From assembly GCA_049322915.1 (NCBI GenBank), contig JBMOPW010000045.1, positions 104,206 through 168,205 on the forward strand: DNA of 64,000 nt, read 5' to 3'. This stretch comes from Candidatus Zhuqueibacterota bacterium (lineage in GTDB: Bacteria > Zhuqueibacterota > Zhuqueibacteria > Thermofontimicrobiales > Thermofontimicrobiaceae). The translations under genes were made by a program, and so were the position numbers. The notes below the pieces were generated by a model. That model saw only the letters and a program-made list of their open reading frames with translations. It made no database searches and was not told where the DNA came from. Positions 1-9,812 of this stretch are shown piece after piece (within the stretch, counting starts at the first letter, position 1; each line of letters starts with the position of its first letter).

Positions 1-2
1 GC

Positions 3-395
3 TGCATCAAAACCACTAAAACCCGCGCCGCGTTTGAATCCACCGGCCTGGTGTTGAATTTGTACCGCCGCCATTTTGGGGATATCCCTATTGAAATCAG
101 TGGCTCGCCGGAACCGCTGGATATCGTCGCCGCCTGGACTTCCGACAAACGTTCGGTGACCATTGCAGCAGTGAATCCGACGAAGCAGACCTATGAGCTT
201 CCGCTGACTGTGACAGGCGTTTCGCTCGAGGATGTGGGGACTGTCTGGCAAATCGCGGGGACAGACCCGCAGGCGTTCAATGATCCCGGCAAAGCGCCGG
301 CAATCATCATCGAAGAGAAGTCCATTAAAAACTATGCGCACCGGTTATCCATCCCCGCGTTGAGCGCTTCGGTATTCAAATTTGATGTGCGCTGA
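3..395 (+). CDS. Alpha-L-arabinofuranosidase (GH51) C-terminal part; truncated by window edge
   Basis: Frame is open from base 3 (CIKTTKTRAAFESTGLVLNLYRRHFG...LDIVAAW...AVNP); resembles the GH51 C-terminal beta-sandwich. Confidence 0.75.
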   Translation, partial: CIKTTKTRAAFESTGLVLNLYRRHFGDIPIEISGSPEPLDIVAAWTSDKRSVTIAAVNPTKQTYELPLTVTGVSLEDVGTVWQIAGTDPQAFNDPGKAPAIIIEEKSIKNYAHRLSIPALSASVFKFDVR

Positions 396-448
396 TTGTG
401 TGCGTTTTGAACGGTGCACTATCCATAGAAAGTGAAGGAGGGTTTGCT

Positions 449-1825
449 ATGTCGAAACATAATTCAAACAGTCACAGCGATTTCAGCCGCCGCGATTTTC
501 TGGTTCTCGGCGCTGCCGGTGGACTTGGCGCGACGCTGGTCGGCAGCGGTCTGCTGAGCTGCTCCGGCGAGCCGCGGAAGATGTCCACGTCGCCCGGCCT
601 GCCCCTGATTTCGCCCATTGAAACGGTGCGCGTTGGTTTTGTGGGCGTGGGCATGCAAGGCTCCAGCCATGTGCAGAATTTCCTGAACATCGAAGGCGTT
701 CAGATCAAGGCTATTTGCGACATCATCGAAGAAAAGGTCGCTCGCATGCAGAAATGGGTGGTCGATGCCGGCCAGCCGAAACCGACCGGTTATTCGCGCG
801 GTGAATTTGATTTTAAGCGGATGTGCCAGGAAGAAGACCTGGATCTGGTCTTCACTGCGACGCCCTGGGACTGGCATGTGCCCGTGTGCCTTGCGGCCAT
901 GGAAAATGGAAAACACGCGGCCACTGAAGTCCCGGCAGCGGTCACAATCGAAGAATGCTGGCAGTTGGTCGAGACTGCGGAGAAACAACTGAAGCATTGC
1001 GTGATGATGGAGAACTGCAATTATGGCCGCGCCGAAATGCTCATTTTGAACATGGTACGACAGGGAATTTTCGGTGAATTGATTCACGGGGAATGCGGCT
1101 ATAATCATGATTTGCGCAATTTCAAGTTGGGCGGTCTGTACGAAGGCGACTGGCGCGTTCAGCATTCCATCAAACGCAACGGCAACCTGTATCCCACGCA
1201 CGGATTGGGGCCGGTGGCGCAGTGCATGAATGTCAACCGCGGCGATCAGTTCGAATACCTCGTCTCGATGAGCAGCAATTCGCGCGGATTGCAGTTATAC
1301 GCTGCCGAGAAATTGGGTCAGGAACATAAGTACACCAGGCAAAAATACGCCCTCGGGGACGTGAATGTCAGTCTCATAAAGACCGTGCATGGGCTGATCA
1401 TCACATTGTACCATGACACAAATTTGCCGCGGCCGTATACGCGGATCAATCTGGTTCAGGGCACCAGAGGCATCACTCAGGGTTATCCCGATCAAATTCA
1501 CATCGAAGGCCGCAGCCCGGCGCATCAATGGGAGCCGCTGGAAAATTACCGCGCGGAATTCGATCATCCGCTGTGGAAGAATATTGGAGAAAAAGCAGCC
1601 GGCGCCGGCCATGGCGGCATGGATTATCTGGAGGATTACCGGCTCGTGCAGGCGTTGCGTACCGGCGCGCCCACAGATATGGATGTGTACGATGCGGCTG
1701 CGCTGAGTTGTGTCTCGGAACTGTCCGAACGGTCTGTGGCGAATAAAAGTCGCCCGGTTGATTTCCCTGATTTCACACGGGGAATGTGGAAGACGCGCGA
1801 GCCTCTGGGCATCATCGGCGAATGA
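449..1825 (+). CDS. Gfo/Idh/MocA oxidoreductase, GH109 alpha-N-acetylgalactosaminidase-like, Tat-exported
   Basis: Tat motif SRRDFL, Rossmann GFVGVGMQG, ATPWDWH, MMENCNY, YPTHG, GHGGMD; RBS AAGGAGG before ATG 449. Confidence 0.88.
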   Translation: MSKHNSNSHSDFSRRDFLVLGAAGGLGATLVGSGLLSCSGEPRKMSTSPGLPLISPIETVRVGFVGVGMQGSSHVQNFLNIEGVQIKAICDIIEEKVARMQKWVVDAGQPKPTGYSRGEFDFKRMCQEEDLDLVFTATPWDWHVPVCLAAMENGKHAATEVPAAVTIEECWQLVETAEKQLKHCVMMENCNYGRAEMLILNMVRQGIFGELIHGECGYNHDLRNFKLGGLYEGDWRVQHSIKRNGNLYPTHGLGPVAQCMNVNRGDQFEYLVSMSSNSRGLQLYAAEKLGQEHKYTRQKYALGDVNVSLIKTVHGLIITLYHDTNLPRPYTRINLVQGTRGITQGYPDQIHIEGRSPAHQWEPLENYRAEFDHPLWKNIGEKAAGAGHGGMDYLEDYRLVQALRTGAPTDMDVYDAAALSCVSELSERSVANKSRPVDFPDFTRGMWKTREPLGIIGE

Positions 1826-2565
1826 GATTGGCGATGGCGTTCAGAGTAATCTGCCTGGGCTGTCTTTTGATGATGCTCGGTTTCTGCGATAACAGCCGTG
1901 ACGCGAAAACGACGGCCGGCAGTCCTGCGACGTCCCTTCCGGAACCCGGCGTGATTCTGGAATTCTCCGTCGTCGTCGATAGGGATGTGTACGAATACAC
2001 GAACTACGGCGAGCCTCCCCAGATGGCGTTCTGGCTGGAACGACCGGAGACCGGCGACATTCGGACGGTCTGGGTCAGCCATCGCACTGGCCGGCGGCAA
2101 TGGAAAGGCAAGGTGGAGTGCCCTGTCGCGCTGCCATTCTGGGAGAGCCGGCACGCGCTGGAAAAAAGCAATTTCAGGGAACGCCATCTGCTGCAGCGAC
2201 TGCTGGACGCAATTACCGGGGCAACGCCACAAGGCGGTGTGTTTTCTGTGAAAACGACTGCGCCAGAGAATAGCCACTGGGACTATTTCATCGAGGTCAA
2301 TCTGTCCGGCGATTTCAACGCCGCTTTCCCATCGCAGCGCGACAACGGCGAGCCTGACCACGAAGGCAATGGTCAGCCATCCCTGATTTTCAAAGGAAGA
2401 ATGGAAGCAACGCCTGGCGTCTCCCATGCGCCGGAATTGATCGGACGCACCGACCAGTGGGTGGCGATCGATTCCATCATCACGGATATGGCCGGAATCA
2501 CCAGCGCCAGAAAGATACTCAGGAATATTCAGGTGAACTGCATCTCGCCGACTGCCAATGAATGA
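1822..2565 (+). CDS. DUF2271-like exported protein
   Basis: ATGA overlap with upstream stop; hydrophobic N-terminus with Cys; PQMAFWLE, LPFW, DAITGATP motifs. Confidence 0.6.
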   Translation: MRLAMAFRVICLGCLLMMLGFCDNSRDAKTTAGSPATSLPEPGVILEFSVVVDRDVYEYTNYGEPPQMAFWLERPETGDIRTVWVSHRTGRRQWKGKVECPVALPFWESRHALEKSNFRERHLLQRLLDAITGATPQGGVFSVKTTAPENSHWDYFIEVNLSGDFNAAFPSQRDNGEPDHEGNGQPSLIFKGRMEATPGVSHAPELIGRTDQWVAIDSIITDMAGITSARKILRNIQVNCISPTANE

Positions 2566-2598
2566 CGAAAATTTCAGTGATCGAAGAAGAGGAACTCC

Positions 2599-3675
2599 AT
2601 GCCAGATCGGATTAAGGTGTCTGCCCCGGGACGAATTTGTCTGTTCGGCGAGCATCAGGACTATTTACATCTGCCAGTTATCCCCAGCGCGATTTCGCTG
2701 CGGATTTCCATTGAGGGCGCGCATCGCGAGGATGCCGAGGTCGTCATTCACCTGCCGGATGTGGGCGAAGAGGAATCGTTCTCGCTGCGGGGCCCTATTC
2801 GCTACGTGAAGGAGCGGGACTATTTTCGAAGCGCGGCGAACGTGCTGCTTCGGGAAAATTTTTCCTTCTCCCGTGGATTCGATTGTCGGGTCACCGGCAA
2901 CATCCCGATCAATGCGGGTACATCCAGTTCATCCGCGTTGATTGTCGCATGGATTGGTTTTCTGACGCGGATGTCCGATCAGGCTAATACATTGCCGGCT
3001 GTGGAGATCGCCCGATTGGCGCATCGCGCTGAAGTGCTGGAATTCAACGAACCGGGCGGGATGATGGATCATTTTTCCACGTCGCTCGGCAGCACAATTT
3101 TTCTCGACTTTGAGCCCAAAACGCAGCACACGTTTTTGAGCGCACCGCTCAAAACATTTGTTCTGGGCAACTCGCTGGAACCGAAGGATACCAAAGGAAT
3201 TCTGGCGCGGGTGAAAAATCAGGTTCTGGCAGCAACGGAGCGACTGACAGCGAAGTTCCCCGGGTTCCACCTTCGTCGCACTTCGATGGAGGAATTAGAT
3301 CGTTTTGCCGGAGACATCACTTCCGACCAGCGTGAGTTACTGCAGGCGACGTTGCAGAATTACGCCATCACCCTCGAAGCGAAACAGGCCTTGCAGCGCG
3401 AACCGCTGGATCATGCGAACGTGGGGCGTCTGCTCAATGCTCATCAGCAAATTTTGCGGGATGTCCTTCGAATCTCCACCCGGAAAATTGATCGGATGAT
3501 CGACGCGGCGCTGAACGCCGGCGCGTATGGCGCGAAAATCAATGGATCAGGCGGCGGCGGTTGCATGTTTGCCTATGCGCCGGAACATCCTGAGGCGGTC
3601 ATCGAGGCGATTGAACGGGCTGGTGGCAAAGGACATCTCATTGAAATCGATCAGGGGATTCGCTACGATTTCTGA
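2599..3675 (+). CDS. galK: Galactokinase-family GHMP kinase
   Basis: APGRICLFGEHQDY, PINAGTSSSSA, GAKINGSGGGG motifs. Confidence 0.8.
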   Translation: MPDRIKVSAPGRICLFGEHQDYLHLPVIPSAISLRISIEGAHREDAEVVIHLPDVGEEESFSLRGPIRYVKERDYFRSAANVLLRENFSFSRGFDCRVTGNIPINAGTSSSSALIVAWIGFLTRMSDQANTLPAVEIARLAHRAEVLEFNEPGGMMDHFSTSLGSTIFLDFEPKTQHTFLSAPLKTFVLGNSLEPKDTKGILARVKNQVLAATERLTAKFPGFHLRRTSMEELDRFAGDITSDQRELLQATLQNYAITLEAKQALQREPLDHANVGRLLNAHQQILRDVLRISTRKIDRMIDAALNAGAYGAKINGSGGGGCMFAYAPEHPEAVIEAIERAGGKGHLIEIDQGIRYDF

Positions 3676-3717
3676 TGCCGGCGCCGTCAACTTGTCCCGA
3701 AGAATCTGGAGCCATTT

Positions 3718-4335
3718 TCAAAAAAATGGATTGGATGCTTTTTCCTGCTTCACTGTGGTCGATGGACCATGCCCCGGGTAAATCTCTGTCTCCGGGGGCA
3801 GCGTGAAAATTTTATTTTCTACTGAATCGATCAATGTCTGATGATTCCCGCCTGGAAAATCAGTCCGTCCCACTGATCCTTCAAAAATGAGATCCCCGAC
3901 AAACAGCTTATTCCCGACAAAAAAAGTGATGCTTCCGGGTGAATGCCCCGGCGTATGCAGCACCGTGATGTTCAATTCGCCCAGGGGAATTTTTTCATTA
4001 TCCTCGACAAAACGATCCGGCTGCAATTTCCCCGGGTCTGGCAAGCCGAACATGAGCGCTTGTGCAGAGAGTCCACGCAGTAAAAATTGATCATCTTTAT
4101 GCATGAGAAAAAGCGCATTGGTCTTGTCTTTCACGCGATTCAAATGTGCCAGATGATCGATGTGCCCATGAGTCAATAAAATATATTTCAACTCGATGTT
4201 GTTATCTTTTAACGCGTTGAAAATGATCTCACAATTTTCCCCCGGGTCGATCACCGCACCGACGCCGGTTTTTTCACACCCAATGATATAGCAATTCACT
4301 CCAAGTGGTCCAGCGATTATTTTTTTTAAAACCAT
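3718..4335 (-). CDS. MBL-fold metallo-hydrolase (glyoxalase II/YcbL-like)
   Basis: THGHIDH, HTPGHSPG, GDLIF, YPGHG motifs. Confidence 0.9.
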   Translation of the reverse strand: MVLKKIIAGPLGVNCYIIGCEKTGVGAVIDPGENCEIIFNALKDNNIELKYILLTHGHIDHLAHLNRVKDKTNALFLMHKDDQFLLRGLSAQALMFGLPDPGKLQPDRFVEDNEKIPLGELNITVLHTPGHSPGSITFFVGNKLFVGDLIFEGSVGRTDFPGGNHQTLIDSVENKIFTLPPETEIYPGHGPSTTVKQEKASNPFF

Positions 4336-4768
4336 ACCAGATCTCCATCCCTTTCAACTGATATACTTTTCAATAGTTACAGGAACAACCACCCATTTTT
4401 GGCGCATTATTGTAGCAATTTTCTTTCTGATTTGCAAGCGCTATTTGAATATTTTTTATGGATGGCCGGGATCGAAGCATGAAAATCAGGAAATTTTAAC
4501 CTGCTCCAGGAAAAAATATCCCGTTTCAAATCGGCCCGGAAATGATTCTCCCCTGTCAGTCATGCTGGTCGATTCATTGATCGAAGTGGGGTCGTCGTAA
4601 TATTCTTTTATAATTATGGGAATTAGCTCATGAAAAAAAATCGATGGTTGATCATGAAAAAGCCACGGTCGGGTCGGGATTTGATGTTGGAGTCGACTGG
4701 CATACAAGTTGCAAAATTAAGATCAAATCCCAGGACGAAAATCTTTAACCTCTTGAAAATAAAGAGAG

Positions 4769-5092
4769 ATGAAAAAGCGTCTCAGGGAAAAGATATTGAA
4801 TAAACAGGAAATTAATTCCCGATTGATTGGATGGATGACAATGCCTGACATGGTTGAACGCAGAACCGATTTAACGTTGAGGAAGGAAGGTGATGAATCC
4901 CCGCTGAAACAGGCGACTGCATCGTTCATTCGAGAAATTGCCAGGTTGGAAGGCCGGATTATAAATGCCTGCGCCGCCACTGATGAAATGGCGACACAGG
5001 ACATCGCTAATATCCTGGTGATGCTGGAACGATTGGATATTCATTATTGCCAGATGCTGCAATTGCAACTGGCTATGCACGAGAGAAATTGA
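4769..5092 (+). CDS. Hypothetical helical protein
   Basis: 107-aa ORF with purine-rich upstream sequence, co-oriented with the sigma-28 gene; no recognisable motif. Confidence 0.5.
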   Translation: MKKRLREKILNKQEINSRLIGWMTMPDMVERRTDLTLRKEGDESPLKQATASFIREIARLEGRIINACAATDEMATQDIANILVMLERLDIHYCQMLQLQLAMHERN

Positions 5093-5249
5093 AAAAGTGT
5101 TTCATTGAGTCCGATGCGCTGAACGGCGCTCATGATGGATGTGAAGAAATCAGGATGATGATCAGGACAGATTTGATATGACAATGATTGGTTAAAAAAT
5201 GTTTAGGGAACATGTTAACATGTGAGATGAATGATTAGGGAGAAAAGCC

Positions 5250-6014
5250 ATGCAGTTGGATATCAAGGGAATATGGAAATCTTATGCATTAACGAAAAAT
5301 CCGGAAATCAAGGAAAAACTTTTGGTGCACTATCTGCCGATTGTGAAGTATGTCGCCAGCCGAATGCTGATGACATTGCCGTCGTCGGTGGAGTATGATG
5401 ATTTGGTGAGCTCCGGGCTTCTTGGCTTGATTGGCTCGGTCGATCGGTTCGATCCGGAGCAGGGAGTTAAGTTTGAAACGTATGTCCTGCCTCGAATCAA
5501 GGGCGCGATTTTGGATGAACTGAGGACACTGGATTGGGCGCCGCGTTCGCTGAGGTCAAAGGCAAGATCGATGGAACGGACGATTGTTGAATTGGAACGG
5601 GAATTATGCCGGTCCGTCTCGGATATCGAGGTGGCCGATCGCATGGATATCACTGATCAGGAATTCAGCAGCCTCCAGCGCGATATAACAACGGCCTCCC
5701 TGCTCTCATTGGATGGCTCTTTGCGCGAAGATACTGAAAATGGCACCTGCATGTACGATGTGGTGGAAAATCCAATGGCAGAAAGTCCTCTGTCGATCAT
5801 TGAAAATGAGGAGTTGAAAGAATTGATGGTAGAGGTCATTAACGAGATGCCGGAACAGGAACGATTGGTCATTGCGCTGTATTATTATGAAGAACTCACT
5901 CTGCGGGAAATTGGAAATGTCATGGAAATAACCGAATCACGCGTTTCACAAATACACACAAAAGCAATTGGCAATTTAAAGACGAAGCTGATGGACGAAG
6001 TGGTATCGTCATAG
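5250..6014 (+). CDS. fliA: FliA/WhiG family RNA polymerase sigma factor (sigma-28)
   Basis: DDLVSSGLLGL, KFETY..RIKGAILDELR.LDWAPRS, LYYYEELTLREIG..ESRVSQIH. Confidence 0.92.
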   Translation: MQLDIKGIWKSYALTKNPEIKEKLLVHYLPIVKYVASRMLMTLPSSVEYDDLVSSGLLGLIGSVDRFDPEQGVKFETYVLPRIKGAILDELRTLDWAPRSLRSKARSMERTIVELERELCRSVSDIEVADRMDITDQEFSSLQRDITTASLLSLDGSLREDTENGTCMYDVVENPMAESPLSIIENEELKELMVEVINEMPEQERLVIALYYYEELTLREIGNVMEITESRVSQIHTKAIGNLKTKLMDEVVSS

Positions 6015-6050
6015 CCCATCGCCTGTACACGGATTAAACGAATAGATATC

Positions 6051-6123
6051 AAAGCCCAATTTTATTATCTTCGGAACGGGATGTCTCTGGCTGACTATGG
6101 TTAAAATAATAAGATTGGGCTTT
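6051..6123. terminator. Probable bidirectional terminator between convergent genes
   Basis: 18-bp inverted repeat AAAGCCCAATTTTATTAT / ATAATAAGATTGGGCTTT (1 mismatch) followed by a T-tract. Confidence 0.55.
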
Positions 6124-6175
6124 TCTTTTTGTCCCCGGTACTTCTTCTCTCTCGGCCTCGTCCACACGGAGCCAG

Positions 6176-7276
6176 TTAATACCTCACAATTTTTACCTTC
6201 TTTTTCAACTGTTCATAATTGATTTTTGACTGGGTGAACTCATCCAATGTTTTTTTCTGAATTCTCATAACGCTCTTTGTGTAGTTTTTATTCATGAACG
6301 TGTTGTGCAAATTCAAAGCCACTTCCAGCCATTCATCCTGCTTCAGGTTCCGCAGCGTGTGACCATAGTTTGAAATAATGTGAATCAGTTTATCTTCCAC
6401 CTTGTAAAGGTTTTCTTCAGCCAGGTCGGGGTTGGGTATTTTGTCTTCAAATGTGACTGACGGAGCGCCATCTTTGTACAGCGAGCGAAGATACATCTGA
6501 ACGCTCTGCGTGGCCGGGCTTAAATCCGTGATGAAAATCGCGCCGTAACCCTGAAAATAAATTCCCCTTACATCGCCGGAAGTGAGGAGAGCGACGTTTT
6601 TATTCCGGTGCTCCAGCGATGTCTGGATGACATTGGACATGATTGAAATATCCTCGTCCACTGAATTTATTTCATCAAAATTAATCTGATTTATGAAGCT
6701 CTCCGCGGTCAATTTTTCCTGGGTGCGATCCAGAATATCTTTCATCGACACCGATGCAATGAGTTGCCGGAATTGCTCGTCCGAGCCATCGACGTCAGCG
6801 CGATACCAGGTTGAAAAATGCCCATTGAAGTCCACAATGAGGGTAATTTTTTCCTGGGGTGGCAGTTCTTTGAAAGCGAATGCCCATTCCGAATAGAAAC
6901 GGACAATGCGCTCTTTTAACGTTTTAATCTCCTCTTCGTGGGACTTCGGCGTTGCGCTGCCATCGTTCAGAATGTACACTCCTTTCGTAACCGCCTCTGT
7001 CTTTCCTTCTTTGGTCAGCGTCAATACTCGCGTATCGAGAGAGGAATAGCCCACATTGAAAATAATTCCATAATCCTTGAGATAGTATCCTTTCGAATTG
7101 CTGCTCCAGAAATTGAAATTTCCCCTGCCCGGGGTGATAATTTTATCCAGCACAGTTTCCATGATTTCAATGTTTTCCAATAGCGACTCCTCTGCGTGCT
7201 GCGCCATTCCCGGGGTGAGCGCCACAAAGAAGATCACAGAGAAAAGTGAAAATTTTTTCAGTAAATTGAAGACCAT
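6176..7276 (-). CDS. Exported hypothetical protein with two tandem homologous domains (ECF-operon accessory)
   Basis: AGGAGG RBS before ATG 7276; signal peptide; repeated motif IM..V...GxYxxxYGxIF. Confidence 0.7.
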   Translation of the reverse strand: MVFNLLKKFSLFSVIFFVALTPGMAQHAEESLLENIEIMETVLDKIITPGRGNFNFWSSNSKGYYLKDYGIIFNVGYSSLDTRVLTLTKEGKTEAVTKGVYILNDGSATPKSHEEEIKTLKERIVRFYSEWAFAFKELPPQEKITLIVDFNGHFSTWYRADVDGSDEQFRQLIASVSMKDILDRTQEKLTAESFINQINFDEINSVDEDISIMSNVIQTSLEHRNKNVALLTSGDVRGIYFQGYGAIFITDLSPATQSVQMYLRSLYKDGAPSVTFEDKIPNPDLAEENLYKVEDKLIHIISNYGHTLRNLKQDEWLEVALNLHNTFMNKNYTKSVMRIQKKTLDEFTQSKINYEQLKKKVKIVRY

Positions 7277-7292
7277 TTTTATCCTCCTATTT

Positions 7293-7973
7293 TCACTTTC
7301 TGTTTTGAGCGTTGATTTGTCGGATCCACTCATTTAAAGAATGCTCCGTACTTCGGATTTTCTGCGAGGTAGTCTTTTCGATATTATCCAGGCCGGCGCC
7401 CAGAATTTGCAAATCATTATAGCGTCGCTGTTCCAGATTCTGGTTGAACTGGGCCAGCGTGGTATTCCATTCGGTTTTCTGCCGGGCTTCGCTCTGCTGG
7501 ATGAGACTGTTCACCAGATAATAATTTTGCTTTTGAAATTCCTCGACCCACTCCTTGCTTGGAACGGCTGCCTGAGCCGGCTGCTGCTGAGGCTGAGAGA
7601 ACAAACTCATGCTGATTGAAAATTCACCGCTCTTGTATGAAATTTTCGTATTGGCAATTGCCATGAGCAAGAACACGGTGGCAAAGCCAAATGCAAAACC
7701 ATACGCCAGCTTTTTAGGACTGGGCCAGAACGAAGCCCAACCTTTTCTGAAGTTTTCGAACCAGGTCGATGTCCGGGGATTCAGGGTGACGTTGAAATCC
7801 GGTTCGATATCTTCCCATTTCTGAAGTATGTGGGACGTACTTTTCAGCATGTCCATTTCCTGTCGACATGCGTCGCAATGGGAGAGATGTGCTTCAACAA
7901 TCTTTCGATCCTCATCGGATATCTCTTCATAAAGAAAATCTAACATGAAGGGTCGAATGTCTTCACACTTCAT
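7293..7973 (-). CDS. Zinc-binding (zf-HC2) transmembrane anti-sigma factor
   Basis: MKCEDI...HLSHCDAC (HxxxCxxC), one TM helix, overlaps the ECF sigma gene. Confidence 0.85.
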   Translation of the reverse strand: MKCEDIRPFMLDFLYEEISDEDRKIVEAHLSHCDACRQEMDMLKSTSHILQKWEDIEPDFNVTLNPRTSTWFENFRKGWASFWPSPKKLAYGFAFGFATVFLLMAIANTKISYKSGEFSISMSLFSQPQQQPAQAAVPSKEWVEEFQKQNYYLVNSLIQQSEARQKTEWNTTLAQFNQNLEQRRYNDLQILGAGLDNIEKTTSQKIRSTEHSLNEWIRQINAQNRK

Positions 7974-8568
7974 AATTAAGCACCTCCTCATTTATGTGCC
8001 ATTGTTCAAATATTTTTCTCAATCCGTTAAGTCCGTAGTACATGCGGGACTTGATGGTGTTGATCGGCTGATTCAAGGCCTCTGCAATTTCCTTGAATTT
8101 CAAGCCCTGGTATTCCTTCATGATGATAACAATGCGTTGGTCCTCAGGCAATTGCTGCAACGCCTTCTGGATAATTTGTCCAATTTGTTTTTTGTTCATT
8201 GCTGCATCCGGTTGATACATGTCAGATTCCTGCAACTGATCCGGAATCCGATGGCCATTTTCTTCAGAATTTTCATGGAGCATATCGATAGATACGAAAT
8301 CCCGGCTGCTCAACCGTTTCAACTCATCCTTGCACAGGTTGGCGGCGATTTGATATATCCATGACGAGAATCGGTTCGGATCCCGAAGTTTTTTTAAATT
8401 TTTATAGACGCGAATGAAAGTTTTTTGAGTGATGTCACGGGCCAGTTCTTTGTCATTCAAGTAACGATAGGCGAAATTATAGATCGGTTTTTCCCACTGC
8501 CAGACGAGCGTATTGAATAACGAACCATCTCCTTCGATGATCTGGCTGATCAATTGTGCATCGGTCAT
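7963..8568 (-). CDS. ECF RNA polymerase sigma factor
   Basis: DITQKTF, FSSWIYQIAAN, region 4 GLKFKEIAEAL..PINTIKSR. Confidence 0.92.
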   Translation of the reverse strand: MTDAQLISQIIEGDGSLFNTLVWQWEKPIYNFAYRYLNDKELARDITQKTFIRVYKNLKKLRDPNRFSSWIYQIAANLCKDELKRLSSRDFVSIDMLHENSEENGHRIPDQLQESDMYQPDAAMNKKQIGQIIQKALQQLPEDQRIVIIMKEYQGLKFKEIAEALNQPINTIKSRMYYGLNGLRKIFEQWHINEEVLNYEV

Positions 8569-8705
8569 AAGTCCTCATAACCATTAGAATTCTCAATGTC
8601 TACTGTTAAGACAGCCACTGCCCGCGAAAAGTTTTACTGATAGGTTGTAATTTTAGTTTCATCACGAGGCGATTTGGCGGCGGTTGGTCGAGACGCGTTG
8701 AAATA

Positions 8706-8738
8706 AAAAAAGCTGCCCTTTTGATAGGCAGCTTTTTA
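8706..8738 (-). terminator. Intrinsic terminator
   Basis: AAAAAAAGCTGCC-CTTTTGATA-GGCAGCTTTTTT hairpin with A/T tracts on both sides. Confidence 0.75.
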
Positions 8739-8794
8739 ATTCTGAAATTTCAGATCGTTCCGGGAGCAGACTCCCGAAGTAGTTCAATCCTGAG

Positions 8795-9766
8795 CTACTT
8801 CATGAACATCATTTTCAAAGTGGAAATTTGATCCTGAGCCACGAGACGGCAGAAATAAATACCCGAGCCCACGACGATACCGCTGTTATCGCGGCCATCC
8901 CAGGTTGCGGAATACTGCCCTGCGGTTTGCTTGCCAATGAACAGCGTGCGCACCAACTCGCCGAGTGAGTTGTAGATGTTCAATTGGACATCGGTCACCC
9001 CGACCAGCCCATTTCCAATTTTGTAGTTAATGGTTGTTTCCGGATTGAATGGATTGGGATAATTCTTTTCCAGCATAAACTCTGCGGGAGCAGCGATCAC
9101 CACCATTTTTTCACTTGAAATTTCGAACGAACCATCCTGGTCGATTTGTCGCAGGCGGTAGTAATAGGTTCCCGAGGTCACGTTGCCATCGGAGAAATTG
9201 TAACGCTGCGGCGCCGCCGTGGTGCCGTTGCCAGGGACAAAACCAATTTTATCGTATTCGTGGGTTTGGCTTTTTCGCTGAATTTCAAAACCAAAATTGT
9301 TGGACTCCGTCGCTGTCGACCATGTCAAATTAACTTTTCCGTCATTGGCGGCTGCATCGAAGGAAACAAGTTCCACCGGGACGATAAATTCCAAATGAAG
9401 AGCTGACGCGCCATCGCTGCCGGCGGAAGTCAATGTCACTTCCGCGGTGCCGGTTTCTCCATTGGCAGTATTGGTCACATCCACCTGCAGAACATCGCCA
9501 ACCTGCCACGCAGTTGGGAAATCGCCGCATGCGACATTCCACCAACCGCCGGAATAATCACTGCCGGTTGAATTATGTGTCTGAGTCTCATTGGGTCGCC
9601 CTTTGATAAACGCAATAAATGTGATGTCATTGTTGCCTGGCGTACTTCCATTGGAATTAAAAATTTGGCCGTAAGCCGTATGCTCTGTGCCAGCGACAGC
9701 CGGTTCCAGTTGCAGTCCAATCGCCAAAACCAGCAGTGCTGTAAACATCATGAAAAAATTTTTCAT
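8795..9766 (-). CDS. Secreted protein with C-terminal FlgD-Ig/T9SS-type sorting domain
   Basis: Signal peptide; PVELVSF..W.TATESNNFGFEIQR module; NYPNPFNP..WDGRD C-terminal domain; AGGAGG RBS. Confidence 0.85.
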   Translation of the reverse strand: MKNFFMMFTALLVLAIGLQLEPAVAGTEHTAYGQIFNSNGSTPGNNDITFIAFIKGRPNETQTHNSTGSDYSGGWWNVACGDFPTAWQVGDVLQVDVTNTANGETGTAEVTLTSAGSDGASALHLEFIVPVELVSFDAAANDGKVNLTWSTATESNNFGFEIQRKSQTHEYDKIGFVPGNGTTAAPQRYNFSDGNVTSGTYYYRLRQIDQDGSFEISSEKMVVIAAPAEFMLEKNYPNPFNPETTINYKIGNGLVGVTDVQLNIYNSLGELVRTLFIGKQTAGQYSATWDGRDNSGIVVGSGIYFCRLVAQDQISTLKMMFMK

Positions 9767-9812
9767 GCAAACCTCCTGATAATATGTTCTCGTTATTAGT
9801 GTTATTTTCAAT

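Noticed and set aside
5091..5117. Sigma-28 autoregulatory promoter GAAA-N15-TCCGATGC
   Set aside because: Too far from the TAAA-N15-GCCGATAA consensus
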